From the NCBI GenBank assembly GCA_038087875.1, contig CM075987.1, forward strand, positions 21,328,001 through 21,392,000: DNA of 64,000 nt, written 5' to 3'. The translations under genes were made by a program, and so were the position numbers. This document shows, piece after piece, positions 28,301 to 41,249 of this stretch. Each line of letters starts with the position of its first letter. The stretch's first letter is position 1. The DNA is from Malacoraja senta (taxonomy: Eukaryota). Below the pieces are notes generated by a model. That model searched no databases and was not told the origin of the DNA. It worked only from the letters and a program-made list of their open reading frames with translations.

Positions 28301-31300
28301 TGAAGAAGGGTCTTGGCATTGAAGGTTCTGCACTCAGCTGGCTCCGTTCCTACCTTTCCAACCGATCCCACTTCATCTCTCTCCACAACCACACCTCTGC
28401 CACAGCCACTGTCACTCAAGGCGTTCCCCAAGGCTCCGTTCTTGGTCCCCTCCTCTTCATCATCTACATCCTCCCCCTTGGTCATATACTCCGTCACTTC
28501 AACCTGGACTTCCACTGCTATGCTGATGACACCCAGATCTATCTCAGCACCAAATCCCCCCCACCACCCCCCTCTCTCCCATATCAACTCCTGCCTGTCA
28601 GCCATCAAATCTTGGATGCAACTCAACTTCCTTAAATTAAACAGTAACAAAACAGAATTTCTCCTCATTGGCTCCAAATCAACACTCACTAAAATTAACA
28701 ACCCCACTCTCACTATTGACGGCACCACTGTCTCCCCATCTCCTCAGGCCCGCAACTTTGGCGTGATCTTTGATTCAACCCTCTCCCTTGAGCCTCACAT
28801 CCGCCATGTTGTCAAAACATCATTTTTTCACCTCTGCAACATTGCCAAAATCAGATCCTCTCTCACACCCCCCGCTGCTGAAAGACTCATCCATGCCTTC
28901 ATCTCCTCCCGACTGGACTACTGTAACTCTCTTCTCTTTGGCATCAATTCCAGCAACATCAACCGACTCCAACAGGTCCAGAACGCTGCCGCCCGACTCA
29001 TTACCCACACCAAATCCTGGCACCACATCACCCCAGTTCTCAAAGAACTTCACTGGCTTCCCATTTCCCACCGGATCACCTACAAAATCCTGGTCCTCAC
29101 CTACAAAGCCCTCAACCACTTGGCCCCCCCCTTATCTCACTGACCTCCTCTCCCCCTACCAACCCTCACGGTCCCTCAGATCCACATCAGCTGGTCTCCT
29201 CTCCACTCCGAAATCAAACCTCTGCACTTTTGGAGGCAGAGCCTTCTCCAGGGCAGCTCCCAGGCTCTGGAATTCCCTCCCACAACTGATCCGAAATTCT
29301 GAGTCCCTCACCATCTTCCAGTCCCGCCTCAAGGCCCATCTCTTCACCTCTGCATACTCTTAGTCCCATGTCCCCCTCCCCTTTGCATCTCTGTCTTACT
29401 GCTCTATTTTGTTTTGTTTTTTTGACTCTCAATGTAAAGCGACTTTGAGTCCTTGAAAAGCGCTATATAAATAAAATGTATTATTATTATTAAAACATAA
29501 CCCATTCCTTCTCTCCAGAGATGCTGCCTGTCCCGCTGAGTTACTCCAGCTTTTTGTGTCTATCTTCATTAAATTTCATTATTTTTAACTTTCTGCAGTT
29601 TGATTCCTTATTTTCACAGATAGAGGAACTAGGTGGAAGGTCAAGAGAGAAGTATCACAGTGTGCAAGAAGAAAATCATAATTTAAAGTTGAAATTGGAA
29701 ACTTTGGAAAGGTTAGTTGAGTGTAATTTAAAGGAGGTAGATTGCACTGAAATTCTTGTTGTACTGAAAGAGGAAATTATTATTCCTTCACATTTAAAAT
29801 AAAATGTATATAGCCTTATTGTACATTTTATGGGGTTGGTGTCTCAGCGAGATTTCTTACCTGTTAACAGGTTATTCCCCCTTGTCCTAATGACCTGCTC
29901 TTAAAACGGCTATTGTTTCCTTGGCTTGTTCGGCTAGGTATTGGAATTTCCGATTCATCATTCCTAACTATTCTAGATTTTTGTTTGAAACAACCCAGTT
30001 CATGATAAAATCAGTTTATTTAATTTGCTGCAGTTTCTAAACAAATCTTTTGCATCTCTGCCATGGAATGTGTCTTTAAGGAGATGGGATGGAGAGATCC
30101 AAATACCATTATGCGATGATGTAGCCTAACCTGAGCTTTGGTTGAAAATTGATAAACTTTCGACCAAATTTTAAAATCAAATTATTGCACTATCTGTCAC
30201 TTGTTAAACGTTCTTGCAAACGTTCAAAAATTATCAACCAATCATAAGTACAAAACCAATAAACAAGTGAAATGACAATATTTGGAAGAACACGGATGGG
30301 TCATGAATTAAGGGGGTGCATATCCATGAGGCCATATTTTCTTGAAGAGTCAGATCAACACTGCCAGATGTAAAATATTTCATTTCATAGTGGTATAGTC
30401 GCATCCTTGCAAAACATTTTGCAGTGTGAAATCACGACTTTGATTTTTTGGAATTGGTTAAATTCTGAACTTGTTTGGCGAATTGAACGAGATATGTTTA
30501 TATTCCAATTACATAAACGTTCTCACCAGGGTAAATTACATAATGTCAAATTTCTTAACATAATTTTCACAAAATGCTCATGGCTTGCCATGTCAAAGAC
30601 AAAGGTGGCAGCTATTTGTGCTTGGTGTGCTGCCACAAACAGTGAAGAGGTGAATGAAAAGTTAATCAGTTAATCAGTATTTGTAGAAAACATGACCAGA
30701 ATATTGGGAGAGGTCATTTTCTCATCTACTTTCACATTTTTAATGCTACAGATGGCCCTGTTGATACAGAGTTCCACCATTTAAACCTAACAATGAGAAA
30801 TTAACCCTAATCATGCTATGGGATGTCAATATACTCCTGAACAATAAGAATAGCTAAATTGGCAACAGTTTAATATCACATCTCAAAGAGTATCACTACC
30901 CCTGCCTGACTAAGCGCTCAATCCCTGGAGTGAGGTAGAAGCCTACTTTTTTTTTTTTTTAAAAGGGGGTGTGAATGGAATAATCAAAATTAAATGGTAT
31001 GTCTTGTTACAAATACAGACAAAGCAATTTGTGAACTGTAAGGATATTGCATCTTAAAGAGTGCATTGATCACTTTTGTAGGAAACTGGAAGATGTCAGT
31101 ACACATAATCGAGAGCTAACACTGGTGGTGGCACAACGGGAGGACACAATTCATCATAATCAGCAGCGTTTGGAGGAGAAATCCCGTGAGTGCTCTAGCC
31201 TAGCTCGTCAGCTGGAGACTTCCATCGATGATGCCAGGCGCCAGGTTAGTTCATTGAGATTTACTAACAGTAGGAAGGTCATTTAGCCCCAGTATATAGG

Positions 31301-33629
31301 GCATTGGTGAGATCTGCAATACAGTATTGGTCTCCTTAGTTAAGGAAAGATTAAATATATATTTTTCTCAGGAAATGCTGCCTGATCCGATGAGTTACTC
31401 CAGCATTTTGTATCTATCTTTGGTATAAACCAGCATCTGCAATTTCTTTGTTTCTAGAAGATTTTCTGGACTGGTACGTGGAATGCGTAGATAGTCTTAG
31501 AGAATGGGTTGACAGACGAGTCTTGTGTAGGAGAATGACATTAAAACGTATAACATCCTGCAGGATCTTGACAAGGTGATTATGGAGAGGATGTTCCTGT
31601 GCCTCCATTGCCCTGAGCCATTGAGGTGGTAGATGTGAGTTTTTGGAGATGCAGGTGAAGTTCTGGACTTCTACAATTCTGGACTTGTGCAGAAGACCCC
31701 TGAGCCCATAATTTTAATGTCAGATTCTTGCTATTCATTTTAAGTCTCACCACTGCTAATTTATTTTAGAACTGTTGTACTTCGTGGTCCGGTATCTGTA
31801 CCACAACAAGAATTATTAATGATGCTTTTCCAAATGACTAAATTATATTTAAAAGTTGTTTCATTGGCTTCCATCCCTCTTTTTTTAAGTGCATTATTAC
31901 AGATGCTAATGCTTATCAAAAAAATCCATTGAATTTCCTTACTCCATTGTTTTATTTTGCTGTTCTACTCACCCTTCTATGAGATGAAACAATTCCTGGT
32001 ATGCAAGACAAATCTTAAACAGGAAAAGTTTAGCTGTTATGACCATATCCATTTGTTTGTGTAGGTGGACCAATCCAGAGAGAGGGCTACTTCAAAGGAG
32101 CGGACTGCACAGAACAAAATACTGGACCTTGAGGCTCAATTGAGCAGAACAAAAACAGAATTGACTCAACTACGGCGGAGCAAAGATGATGTAGGTTGCA
32201 AGTAACACAATTCCTGTTTTGATTAAACATATAAATTTGTCCTTCAGATATTTTGAATGAGGTATCAGGGAAGGGCAATGAGATTGCTTCTGGAGAACAC
32301 TCATAGTGTAGGATAGACTTTGGGAAAAACATTGACACTTAAAACTTGCAGGTAAATGAATAAGATGGGAAAATGCATGTGTAAAATAAAATTGGAACGG
32401 TTAATCCTCTGGTTAAAATGGTGTATAAATGCATAAAAGGCAATTACAGGAAGTGTTTATTTGGATTAATCTCCAACATAGCCCTTTATGCAGAGTATGC
32501 AAAATGATTCACCCTAGGATAGAGGTGTCCGTCCAAATTGTAATCTGTTAAACTCAGCTGAATGCTGCTGGTACTTGAGATAGAGTCATGAAGTCATACA
32601 GCATGGAAACAGGCCCTTTGGCCCATATCCTTTTAAACCTTTCCTATCCAAAAGGATGTTATGTTAAATGTGTTCAAGACAATGGTGAAGTTGCACTTGT
32701 GTTTTATTTTGGTTACTCTGCTGGAGCAAAGATACCGTTAACTGGAAAAAGGGCAGAGAAGATTTATAAGGACGTTGTCAAGACATGAAGGCATGAGCAA
32801 TAGGGAGAAGTTGGACAGGCTAGGACTTTAATCATTAGAGCGCAGGTACCTTAGGGGAAACTTCTTTAGACAGATGGTGATGGGTATGCCAGATGAGGTA
32901 GTTGAGGCAGGGTCAATAACAACATTTAAAAGAGATTTGGGAAGATACATGGAACAGAGTGGTTCAGAGGGAAATGGACCAAACGTGGGCAAATAGGATA
33001 AACTTGGATGGGACATCTTGTCGACAAGGATGAGTTGTGCCTAAGGGCTGCTTCATGCTATATGACTGATTCAATCCTATCTAGATCTCTGATCAGTACA
33101 CTCTCGCCCTACGATAGGAAGGAGAAAATGATTAGGCTTGCTACCACTGTTTATTATCCATTCATTGTCATTGGAAATTTACATGATAAGGAAGGAGAGT
33201 CTAAAGGCTGGATTGCTTTAACAGGCACTTAACCAAAGCTTACAGATAATGGTTCAAAGGAATGGTTCAAATAATGAACATTTGGGGGTGGTACAATGGG
33301 ACATCCTGGAAAATACAGGTGAGGAACAAGGGAATTAGTAAAGGGAGAGCATTTTGAGCTACTTGACCATGGAGAAACCACTGTGGTACTTCTGTGAAGC
33401 TGTTTATACTGAATGGTAAAGGCTTTCCAATATTACTGTTGAAAGTATCTTGTCAAATCCAATTATTTCTTAGGCTGAGAGGCGTTTCCAGAGTCGCTTA
33501 GAAGATTTGAAGGATCGCCTGGAGCAGTCGGAATGCACTAACCGCAGCATGCATAACTATGTCCAGTTCCTCAAATCCTCGTATGCCAACGTCTTTGGTG
33601 AAACTGCAATAACAAGTTCTCCAGTTTAA
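10306..33629 (+). CDS. ODF2: Outer dense fiber protein 2 / cenexin, long isoform, 815 aa, 19 coding exons
   Basis: Exons with GT-AG boundaries and consistent phases: 10306-10407, 11468-11587, 13110-13280, 13689-13876, 14477-14603, 16054-16185, 16408-16482, 17645-17716, 20377-20493, 22351-22536, 22895-23004, 23769-23904, 25873-25983, 26419-26523, 27160-27318, 29620-29711, 31082-31244, 32065-32190, 33474-33629 (2448 nt). Hallmarks: LHVHVDETTPVHVHVKK, KTKVPWIPPGK, LSDLSTDD, KLVEAEMDAAAAAKQV, HLQGQLRSKEAENNR, YVQFLKSSYANVFG. Confidence 0.96.
12378..12678 (-). mobile_element. HE1-like V-SINE, full length
   Basis: Head GGGGCAGCACGGTGGTGGAGC on the minus strand, V-domain, (TAAAC)n-like tail. Confidence 0.85.
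12694..12817 (+). pseudogene. Intronic partial duplicate of ODF2 coding exon 4
   Basis: Gap-free 124-nt copy of 13748-13871 with 12 mismatches by eye (about 90%). Encodes IEEKEEELAEVTKELVLTEHKNELLQR. Confidence 0.85.
14982..15091. repeat. Perfect 50-bp inverted repeat with 10-nt loop
   Basis: 14982-15031 is the exact reverse complement of 15042-15091. Confidence 0.95.
16537..16570 (+). ncRNA. Minimal type I hammerhead ribozyme motif (Penelope-like terminus), representative copy
   Basis: GGT-CTGAAGA-A-GGGT(CTCA)ACCC-GAAA-CA-TC-ACC: conserved core, 4-bp stem II, 3-bp stem I. Activity is not demonstrated. Confidence 0.55.
17783..18149 (-). mobile_element. L2-clade LINE 3' end
   Basis: Closely similar to the reverse complement of 29093-29490; (ATA)n tail. 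Confidence 0.88.
18873..19645 (+). mobile_element. GC-rich non-autonomous retroposon with LINE-type 3' stem-loop
   Basis: CpG-rich block inside an AT-rich intron, ending in hairpin TTCAGACC-GAAA-GGTCTGAA then TGACAAATAAA, a Rex1/Babar-like tail. Confidence 0.55.
21066..22030 (-). mobile_element. Rex1/Babar-clade LINE, 5'-truncated
   Basis: Minus ORF DFRK...KFLGVHI...KKAQQRLHFLR...FYRGAIESIL...WYGSC...LLPSGKRYRS...SFFPQAIRLLN; (TTTAC)n tail. Confidence 0.9.
24290..24770 (+). mobile_element. Degenerate Rex1/Babar LINE 3' fragment
   Basis: Decayed similarity to the C-terminal region of the 21066-22030 element. Confidence 0.45.
24785..25490 (-). mobile_element. CR1 LINE internal fragment
   Basis: Minus-strand DKTPGHDGIY...LLREA and RPVSLTSVVGKLL motifs. 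Confidence 0.8.
27928..28314 (+). mobile_element. Penelope-like pseudo-LTR fragments with hammerhead motifs
   Basis: CTGAAGAAGGTTCTCGACCCGAAACGTC at 27933-27960. A second copy starts at 28300, is cut by an L2 insertion and resumes at 29492-29567. Confidence 0.75.
28313..29491 (+). mobile_element. L2-clade LINE, RT C-terminal half with frameshifts
   Basis: GVPQGSVLGPLLF, YADDTQIY, LKLNSNKTE, SRLDYCNSLL, HITPVLKELHWLP, AFSRAAPRLWNSLP; (TAT)n tail. Confidence 0.92.
32690..33072 (+). mobile_element. Degenerate CR1 3' end
   Basis: Similar to 3430-3805 (gaggtagttgaggcagg...aacatttaaaaga...tatgact). Confidence 0.65.
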
Positions 33630-33889
33630 ATACGATAACCTGTGAGAACGACTGGTATCAAAAAAATCATCTTGCTGAATTGTTTTTTCTCTGAGCTACT
33701 CGTATCAAAACTATATTAAAAGGACACTATGTACAGCATGAAAGAGCAATCTCTGCTGTTTTGCCCTGAAATACAACTGGCCCTGTTAGCCCTATATTTA
33801 AATCGATCTTAAAGAATTACCTAAATACAAATTCCCAGACTTGGTATGGAACTAGATTTCTGAATAATAAGCTGAATTATCAGTCAAAA

Positions 33890-34450
33890 AAGGACATAAT
33901 GTGCTGGAGTAACTCAGCTGGTCCAGCAGCATCTCTGGAGAACATGGATAGGTGACATTACAAGTTGGGGCCCCTTCAGACTGAATGTAGGGGAAATAAT
34001 GCTAGAAGAGAGGAGAGGCAGGGCAGAACGTGGCAGGTAATAGGAGGATAATGGCAAGGAGGGTGGTTAGATCAAAGGCCAGAGCTTAAAACTGAAGGTG
34101 TGACAAGGATTGAAGTGTTGCAAATTGTGAAGCCAGAGAAAAGAATGTAAGCAGAGGGGGAGGGAAGAAATAGGTGCGAGCCCAGAGAATGGGGAGGGGG
34201 GTTACCTAAATTTGGAGAATTCAGTGTTTATACCATGGGGTTGTAAGCTACTCAAGCGGAATATGAGGTGCTATTCCTCCAGTCGGCTTGTGGCCTCAAT
34301 CTGGCAATAGTGGATGGCCAGGACAGGGAGGTCAGGATGGGAAGAGGAGTTCAAATGGTTAGCCACTAGGAAATCGAGTGGGCCTTGGTGGACTGAGCGC
34401 AAGTGTTTGGCGAAAAGGTTACTGAGTCTGTGCTTGGTCTCACCGATGTG
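33890..34450 (-). mobile_element. Penelope-like 3' fragment in the presumed ODF2 3' UTR
   Basis: Homologous to 3806-4252 (endonuclease C-terminus plus terminal module). Confidence 0.75.
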
Positions 34451-37400
34451 TCAGTCAGTAAAATTCCAGTATCTGTAGTTCTTTGTATCTCCGTGTTACC
34501 AGTCAGCTTATTTATAACTGAAAATGGCAAGATGTTTTACAATCCTCATTTGTTTACTCACTGGTAAATTGGGGCACATATGGATAACAGCAACTTGCAT
34601 TTATTTTTCAAGATGCAATCCTTGTGATTTCCAACACACTTTCACAGGGGAATTGTGCTGCTGTAATGACCTTCCTTGCACTGATGAAATGAGCTTCGCA
34701 GCTCCCACGAATGTAGTGAAAGAAGGCCTAGCATATTGTGAGGAGTAATGAGTGATGTTTCTTAATTCTTTGAAGGCACAAGAGACTGCAGATGCTGGAA
34801 TCTGGAGCCAAGAAAGGAAGCTGCTTTTCTCAGTCCAGATGAAGGACCTTGTCCTGAAATGTTGACCATCTTTTTCTCTCTACAGATATCCTCTGACCAG
34901 CTGAGTTCCCCCAGCAGCTCTCCCTTTTTTTCTTAATCTTTGGCATGTTCAATATAACTTCCTCACTCTTTAACATGCTGCTCTGAAATCTCCTTATCCT
35001 GGTTTCTTTGATCCATTCCCCTGTCATTTTAAACATTAATGTGCTTCTGCTCTCACTATACGCCTGGATGGTATATCTTCTGACTTAATCGCGGCTACAT
35101 AGGCAGTCTTCATGTACATCATGTGAACTGAAGCAGTTCCCTAGGATATTGTTGCAGCAAATGGGACCAGCATTGAAACACTGAAATTACTGCAATTTAA
35201 AATATGCCCATAATGTTTTTTTGAAATATTAATTTCTTAAAATTTACAAATATATTTTGGCTATAAAATTCTCATATGTCCATGTAATACCACAATATGG
35301 AAATCAAAATTCAGTCAGTCAGTGCAACATGAGCTTTCATTATTTTTAGGCCAACTATTGAAATTTAAGTTTCCCTCAGTCAAAAATGTTATGCATTTTT
35401 AAATTTACAATTGATAAAGCAGTGACCAAGATTACTCTGTATTGATTGATCAAGATTGATTTGTATTATAGTTGGCCCATGATTAGTTGATGCAGAGGCT
35501 GCACAATGTGTTCTCTATTTGTCAATGCCAACATATCTCATTTTGTTAAAAGTAAAGTACAAACTCTCTGACTTTAAAACAAGTTCTGGTATGAAGTAAC
35601 TTTTAAGGCTCTTGATACCAATTTTTTGGATCCAATTGTCAGGGCTGAAACAGCACCTGAAAAATACCTGATCATATCATCTCCGTTGGTTTAAAACTAA
35701 AGTCTCTTCCTATCTGTCTTTATCTCGCTAACATTCAGTATTCTCTTTTGCTCTTTCTCCAATTTTTGTGATTTATCTCTCAAAGCTCGGGGCTTGGTGT
35801 TATCCTAAGATCTTAAGTAGAATTTAGCTGAAAGATTGTCTCCTGTGTAATCTGTGTGAGAACTGCCCCTTTAATAATGGTGCAAGTTATCCATGCCAAA
35901 GTCTGAAGTTTTTTAAAAGCCAATTTAGCTAACAAAAGTCTCTCTTTCAACTATGTAGAGCAGCTTAGGAAATGCCGTGGTTTTCTTTTTTTAATGTTTT
36001 ATTGGTGTATATTTAAGCCTTGATTACATTTAATTGTGTGCCATTAAAATAATTGAAGTGAAGAGTGATTTTTTTTTTTCCTTATTATCAGGGAACTCGT
36101 TTGTGTAATAACTTGGATATTATATGACATTTCTCCATTCTCTGCTTAAGACATATTTTCATCTTAATTTTAAGTATTAAATACAAATGTGTATTTTAGA
36201 AGTAGTTGTGGCTCAGAAATAGATTTTTGTAACTACGCTTGCATATTTTTGTATTCACTATTTCTCAGTGCTTTGTGTTCCATAAATACTTAACAAGAAT
36301 CAGTCTGACACTCTATTCTTTTGATAGATGAATGTCTGGGAGCAGTTCCCAAATTCCCCCTACACATTATTGAGGTATGGCTTTGCACTGTGTTTTCAAA
36401 GGCAAAATTCCCCATAGTAATATTTCCTTGTCTAGTATAAGATATATTACATTATTATGAAACGGAGTACCATCTCTTAAATTGGCAAACTAAGAACTGT
36501 AATTCATTCTAGTTCATTGTCCTCATCCTCTCACATATAAAATTTTGAGATATGCATAATTATTCCAATTTTTCTTTTAAAGAGTTAACTGTATAGCTTG
36601 GGTTGACTGGTTTTCCATGTCAGGACGATTTTATATGTTAGTTTTAAGTAACCTACCCTTTCAGTTTATAATTTTATAATTCATCAAGATAACTTTTCAG
36701 ATTTCCACAGTTGCAAAGTCTGTTTGTTCATAATTCATACTACAATAGATTACAATGTAAGACAGAATTTTGTGAATTCAGCATGAGAGCAAACTATTCA
36801 CCCAACAATAAACATGTGCCTTTGTTCATGCTCTGCTTGAGCTATCCTCCCACATTCATCTCATCCTGCAATCTACTGTAACATGTTAAAGGCTAAGTCA
36901 TTGTTAAGAAATTGTGGCCGGTTCCTCGGGTTTCATATTCATTTTATATATGCAGCCACAACAGTTGACCATTCACTCATTGTCACTATTAAATTATGAG
37001 GGATTTAACCATTTCTGGTCCCATTGTACTCTGGTGCTTCAGCTAAACATTTTGTAAAACACATAATAAAATAAAAAATGATAATTTTCAGGATGAGATT
37101 TTGTTCATTAGTTGTAAATAATGTTTTTATACTTGTATGTTTTTAAATATTTACAAATGTTTATAATCAGTATCTTATTTTTATATGAACATATTAATAA
37201 AAATGCCCATTTGTTTGAAAGACATCAAATTTGTCAGATAGTGTCTTTCACAATAATTTATGCATTTGTCACCTACTTTGTACAACACATTTTCTGGCTG
37301 GAAATGGGCTAGTTCCAAACTCCAATGTTGGGTTTGACTTCATGATTCACTAGTTCTTGAATTCATCTTTGAGGAAGCAAAATCACTTACCAGTGATGGA

Positions 37401-38894
37401 ATGCCAAGAACAGTCTTAGCAGTAGCCCCAAATTTGTATATGCAATGTCGCCACAATGAAAATAAAAACTTCCCAACACGTGTAGGTATCTTGCATGATA
37501 AAGCATTGCAAAAGACTCGCATTTGGCTGATATAGTTCAATCAAAAAAAAACGTGAGTTGTAAATCTTAAAAACAGAAAATCCTGGATATGCTCAGCAGG
37601 TCATGCAGCATCTGTGGAGAGTAAAACGGTAATTTAAAAAAAATCTATGACCTTTTCAGGCAATGCCCACATTGAATGTCTGCTCTTCTCAATGGGATTT
37701 CTGTTTGTCTCGGCATTTTCTGTTTAGATGCTGCCTCCCCTGGATCCACCGCACTGCACAAAGAATCAGAATAATTGCTTCTTTTCATACCTCGCCAGTG
37801 TCCCAATGCATGCATCCTCCACAAAATGCACTAGTCTACAAGTCGGCTTCCATACTATTTCTAAATTTGCCCTTTTGTTCCTCTAGCTCATGCTCACCCC
37901 ACCAACGGTGCCAAATCCTTCATCAGTTAAATCTACACTCTTCAGATTTCTAGATACAGCTGGTTGTGTCTTTTACATATTTAAAACTGTCTTTGTGTAG
38001 GATCAGATTTTTCTCCTGTCTGACCTCCCCAAAGTCCTGCTCATGTTGTAATTTGGATCAGACAAATTGACAATTTGAAGATTGTTAATGTCATAGAAAT
38101 TAACTGAATAATATTTTTGATAATGCAAAACTACCTTTATCCTAGTTTGTGTCAATTCCCATTCACCAATCACTCCTATGTTTTAAACTGCATACAGTTT
38201 TAAAATCCTCATCCTTGGATTCAAATCTCTCCATGATCTCTCTTCCTTCCAGCTGTAAAATTTTCATGATATAATTGTTTCTTTAATTGTGACCCTGTGT
38301 GTCTCCGGTTTTCATTGCTACAATATTACCTTCAAGTCCCTGAACCCATATATCTCTTGTAAAATAAGGTATATCTTTCACATTTGAATAATTTCTTATA
38401 TGACTTGGTGCGAGACTTTGTGACTTAAGCAACTTGGGATGTTTCTACAATATAAGTACAAGGATGACTGCCAGGTTTTTGACAGTGTATTGTTATATGT
38501 TACTTTTTCATTATCTTGCCATTGAACATGACTTGCATGTAACCCACATGAGACACAAAGTGGCTTTGTGTCTAGAACAAGTGAATCCTTTTTTTCTCAG
38601 ATCAAGCTACCAAAGTTTCTTTGCAGCTGTAAGCCTAGATGTCAAATATCACATTTGTACTCAAAAAACTTTGGTGCTCAGTTACAAAATATTCTTGGAA
38701 TCCTTGCTTTATTCAAGTTAAAATAAGATTTCATTATGTGATGTGATGATAATCTCTCAGTGCTCCTGCATTGTAAACCACATGTTGACCCACATTTGCA
38801 TCTGAGATTCTTCAAGGGATTGGAATTTGAGAATAAATCATACCTCAGCTTCTATTTAACATCCAAGTATCGTTTCAAAAATCAAATTAAAGCA

Positions 38895-39300
38895 TGTCGG
38901 CTTTGGAAGTTTACCAGACTAATAATGGGCTAGTTGCCTTATGAAGAAAAGTTGGACGGACTAGGCTTGTTTGGAAGAATGAGTGATGACTTGATTGAAA
39001 CAAATACGATTCCGAGAGGATTTTGGCAGGGTAAATGTGGAGATGATGTTTTCTCAATTGGGAGAATCTAGAACAATGGGTCACTGTTTAAATATAAAGG
39101 GTTATCAATTTAAGATAGAAATTCAGAAGTATTTGGAAGTCTCCCCCTCAAACGGCAGTGGAAATGAAATCCTTAAATATTTTCATGTCAGAGTGAAATA
39201 GATGCTAGAAAAGTAAATGGGAATGCACGGATGAAGTTGCAGTGGTGCAGGCTTTGAGAGGCCAATAGCTTTCTCTAACTTCTAATTTGTATGTTTACAT
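38895..39300 (+). mobile_element. Degenerate CR1 3' end
   Basis: MFSQLGESRTMGHCLNIKG motif. Confidence 0.65.
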
Positions 39301-40187
39301 GACTGCAGAAGGGAAAAGGGCGAAACATGTTGAAAAGCCTTTTTTTAATAGTTGGTTCAGGTATACTGAGCCAGACAGCTGCCCCCCCTTCCACCCAACC
39401 CAACACCCTCCACCCCAGTTAGAAGGTGCTCTTATATGAATGATCACAATCAAACCTAATTTTTACCTGCAGATATGCTTGACAACCAGGAACATGTCCA
39501 GGTTTTTTTTAAAGGATTGCAGTGAATCCATCCTTGCTCTATATTTTGGTCAGCTGTTCAACAAGCTTGCAAAAAAAAGGTTATATCTCACCGAATTGGA
39601 AAAAAAACGAATTCTCTCGCTATTTATACCTGAAATGATGTTCCCAGATAGGTGATATACAAATTATCAGTGCCTGGAGCCCCCATATTGATCCCTGCAG
39701 TGCCTCATTACTTACAGTTCCCAATGTAATTGACATTTATTCTTACTAATTTCTCTGTCTGCTAAGCAATCCTCAGTTCTTGCCAAACATTACCCAATTC
39801 TATGTGCTCTAACTTGGCACCTTACCCAAAGGCCTTCTGGAAGTCCAAATGCATTGATTTGTTCTCATCAATTCTACAACCTATAATCTCAGAAAATTCT
39901 AACACATTTATCAAGCATAATTTCCTTTTCATAAATAAATGGTGACTCCAATCCTATGATCATTTTTAAGTGCCTTGTTACCTTGTTATACTTTCCTTAC
40001 TATTTCTGTCAGGTCAATTTACCTTTTTTCTGTCTCCCCTCTTAAACATTAGGGTTACATCTGTAAACGTCCAGTCTATGGGAACTATTTAGAATCTATG
40101 TAACTTTGAAACCTAGCAACCAGTGCATCACCTATTTCCAAAACCTCGAGCTGAAGATCATCAGCTCTTGGAAAAGTTCAATTTAGA

Positions 40188-40457
40188 AATAGAGCATGGA
40201 AACAGGCCCTTCAGCCCACCAAGTCCATGCTGACCAGTTCTATACTAGTGAACTAGTTCTATCCTACACACTGGGGACAATTTACAGAAGCCAATTATCC
40301 TACAAAACTTTCAGGTCTTTGGAATGTGGGAAGAAGCCAGAGCATCTGGAGAAAACCCACATGGTCACAGAGAATGTACAAACTATACAGACAGCACCCG
40401 CAGTCAGGATTGAACCCGGGATTCTGGTAGCAACTCTACCATTGCACCATTGTGCGG
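40188..40457 (-). mobile_element. HE1-like V-SINE
   Basis: Same SINE body as the other copies. Confidence 0.8.
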
Positions 40458-41249
40458 CGATATGTATTGGCTTTCAATCTTATTATTTTTCCAGTCCTTT
40501 AAAAAAATGGATGTACAGGTCCATCACTGATTTGACAGCACCCTTGGTTCCAGAGCATTTTGCTGGACCATGGCCACAGTTACAGCCTCTGAGAAGAGTT
40601 GAATGGTATTGAAATGGTCCGCCTAGGCCGCCAGGGATATACTGACCCCCAAAGTCAGCCTCGCATGTTGGCTATGGGAACGGATCTGCCGGCCAGGCCC
40701 GAGTCCCTGAGCCCCGTCCATAGGGTCCAAATTTGACCCGCCGATCGGCCGCAAAAGTTATGTGGTTGAGATTGGCCGGCCATCCTGGCTTAGGCGCCGC
40801 ATTTTTGGACTTCCGGGGGCGTGGGGGATTTCAAGTGCACTCTCATAATTTTGTCCAGTTTAAAGGAGGTGCCGGACCACCAGTTGACAGAAAATCGCGG
40901 GTGGACCTGGAACTTCTTTCAGCTTTTCATTCACTCCAGATCTGTTCTCCAAGAGGTTTTCTTTATTTTCCATGAAGGAGGACTCAAAATACTTGTTTAA
41001 TATCTCTATCTCCCTGATATAATTTCTCCTTGATTATAATGTCTCACAGAGGGGACCCTCACTAATTTTTGCTGATTTTTTTTCCTTTTCACAAATTCAC
41101 AAATACAGGTAGAGTTGGTCCTCTTGTTTCTTCCTAGATTACTTACGTTCTCTACTTTTCTTCACTATCAGTATTTTGGTGGTCTTCCCAAAATAATCCT
41201 TTTTTTTGGCTTACTGTTCTTCCTCGGCAACTTTATAAACATTTTCCTT

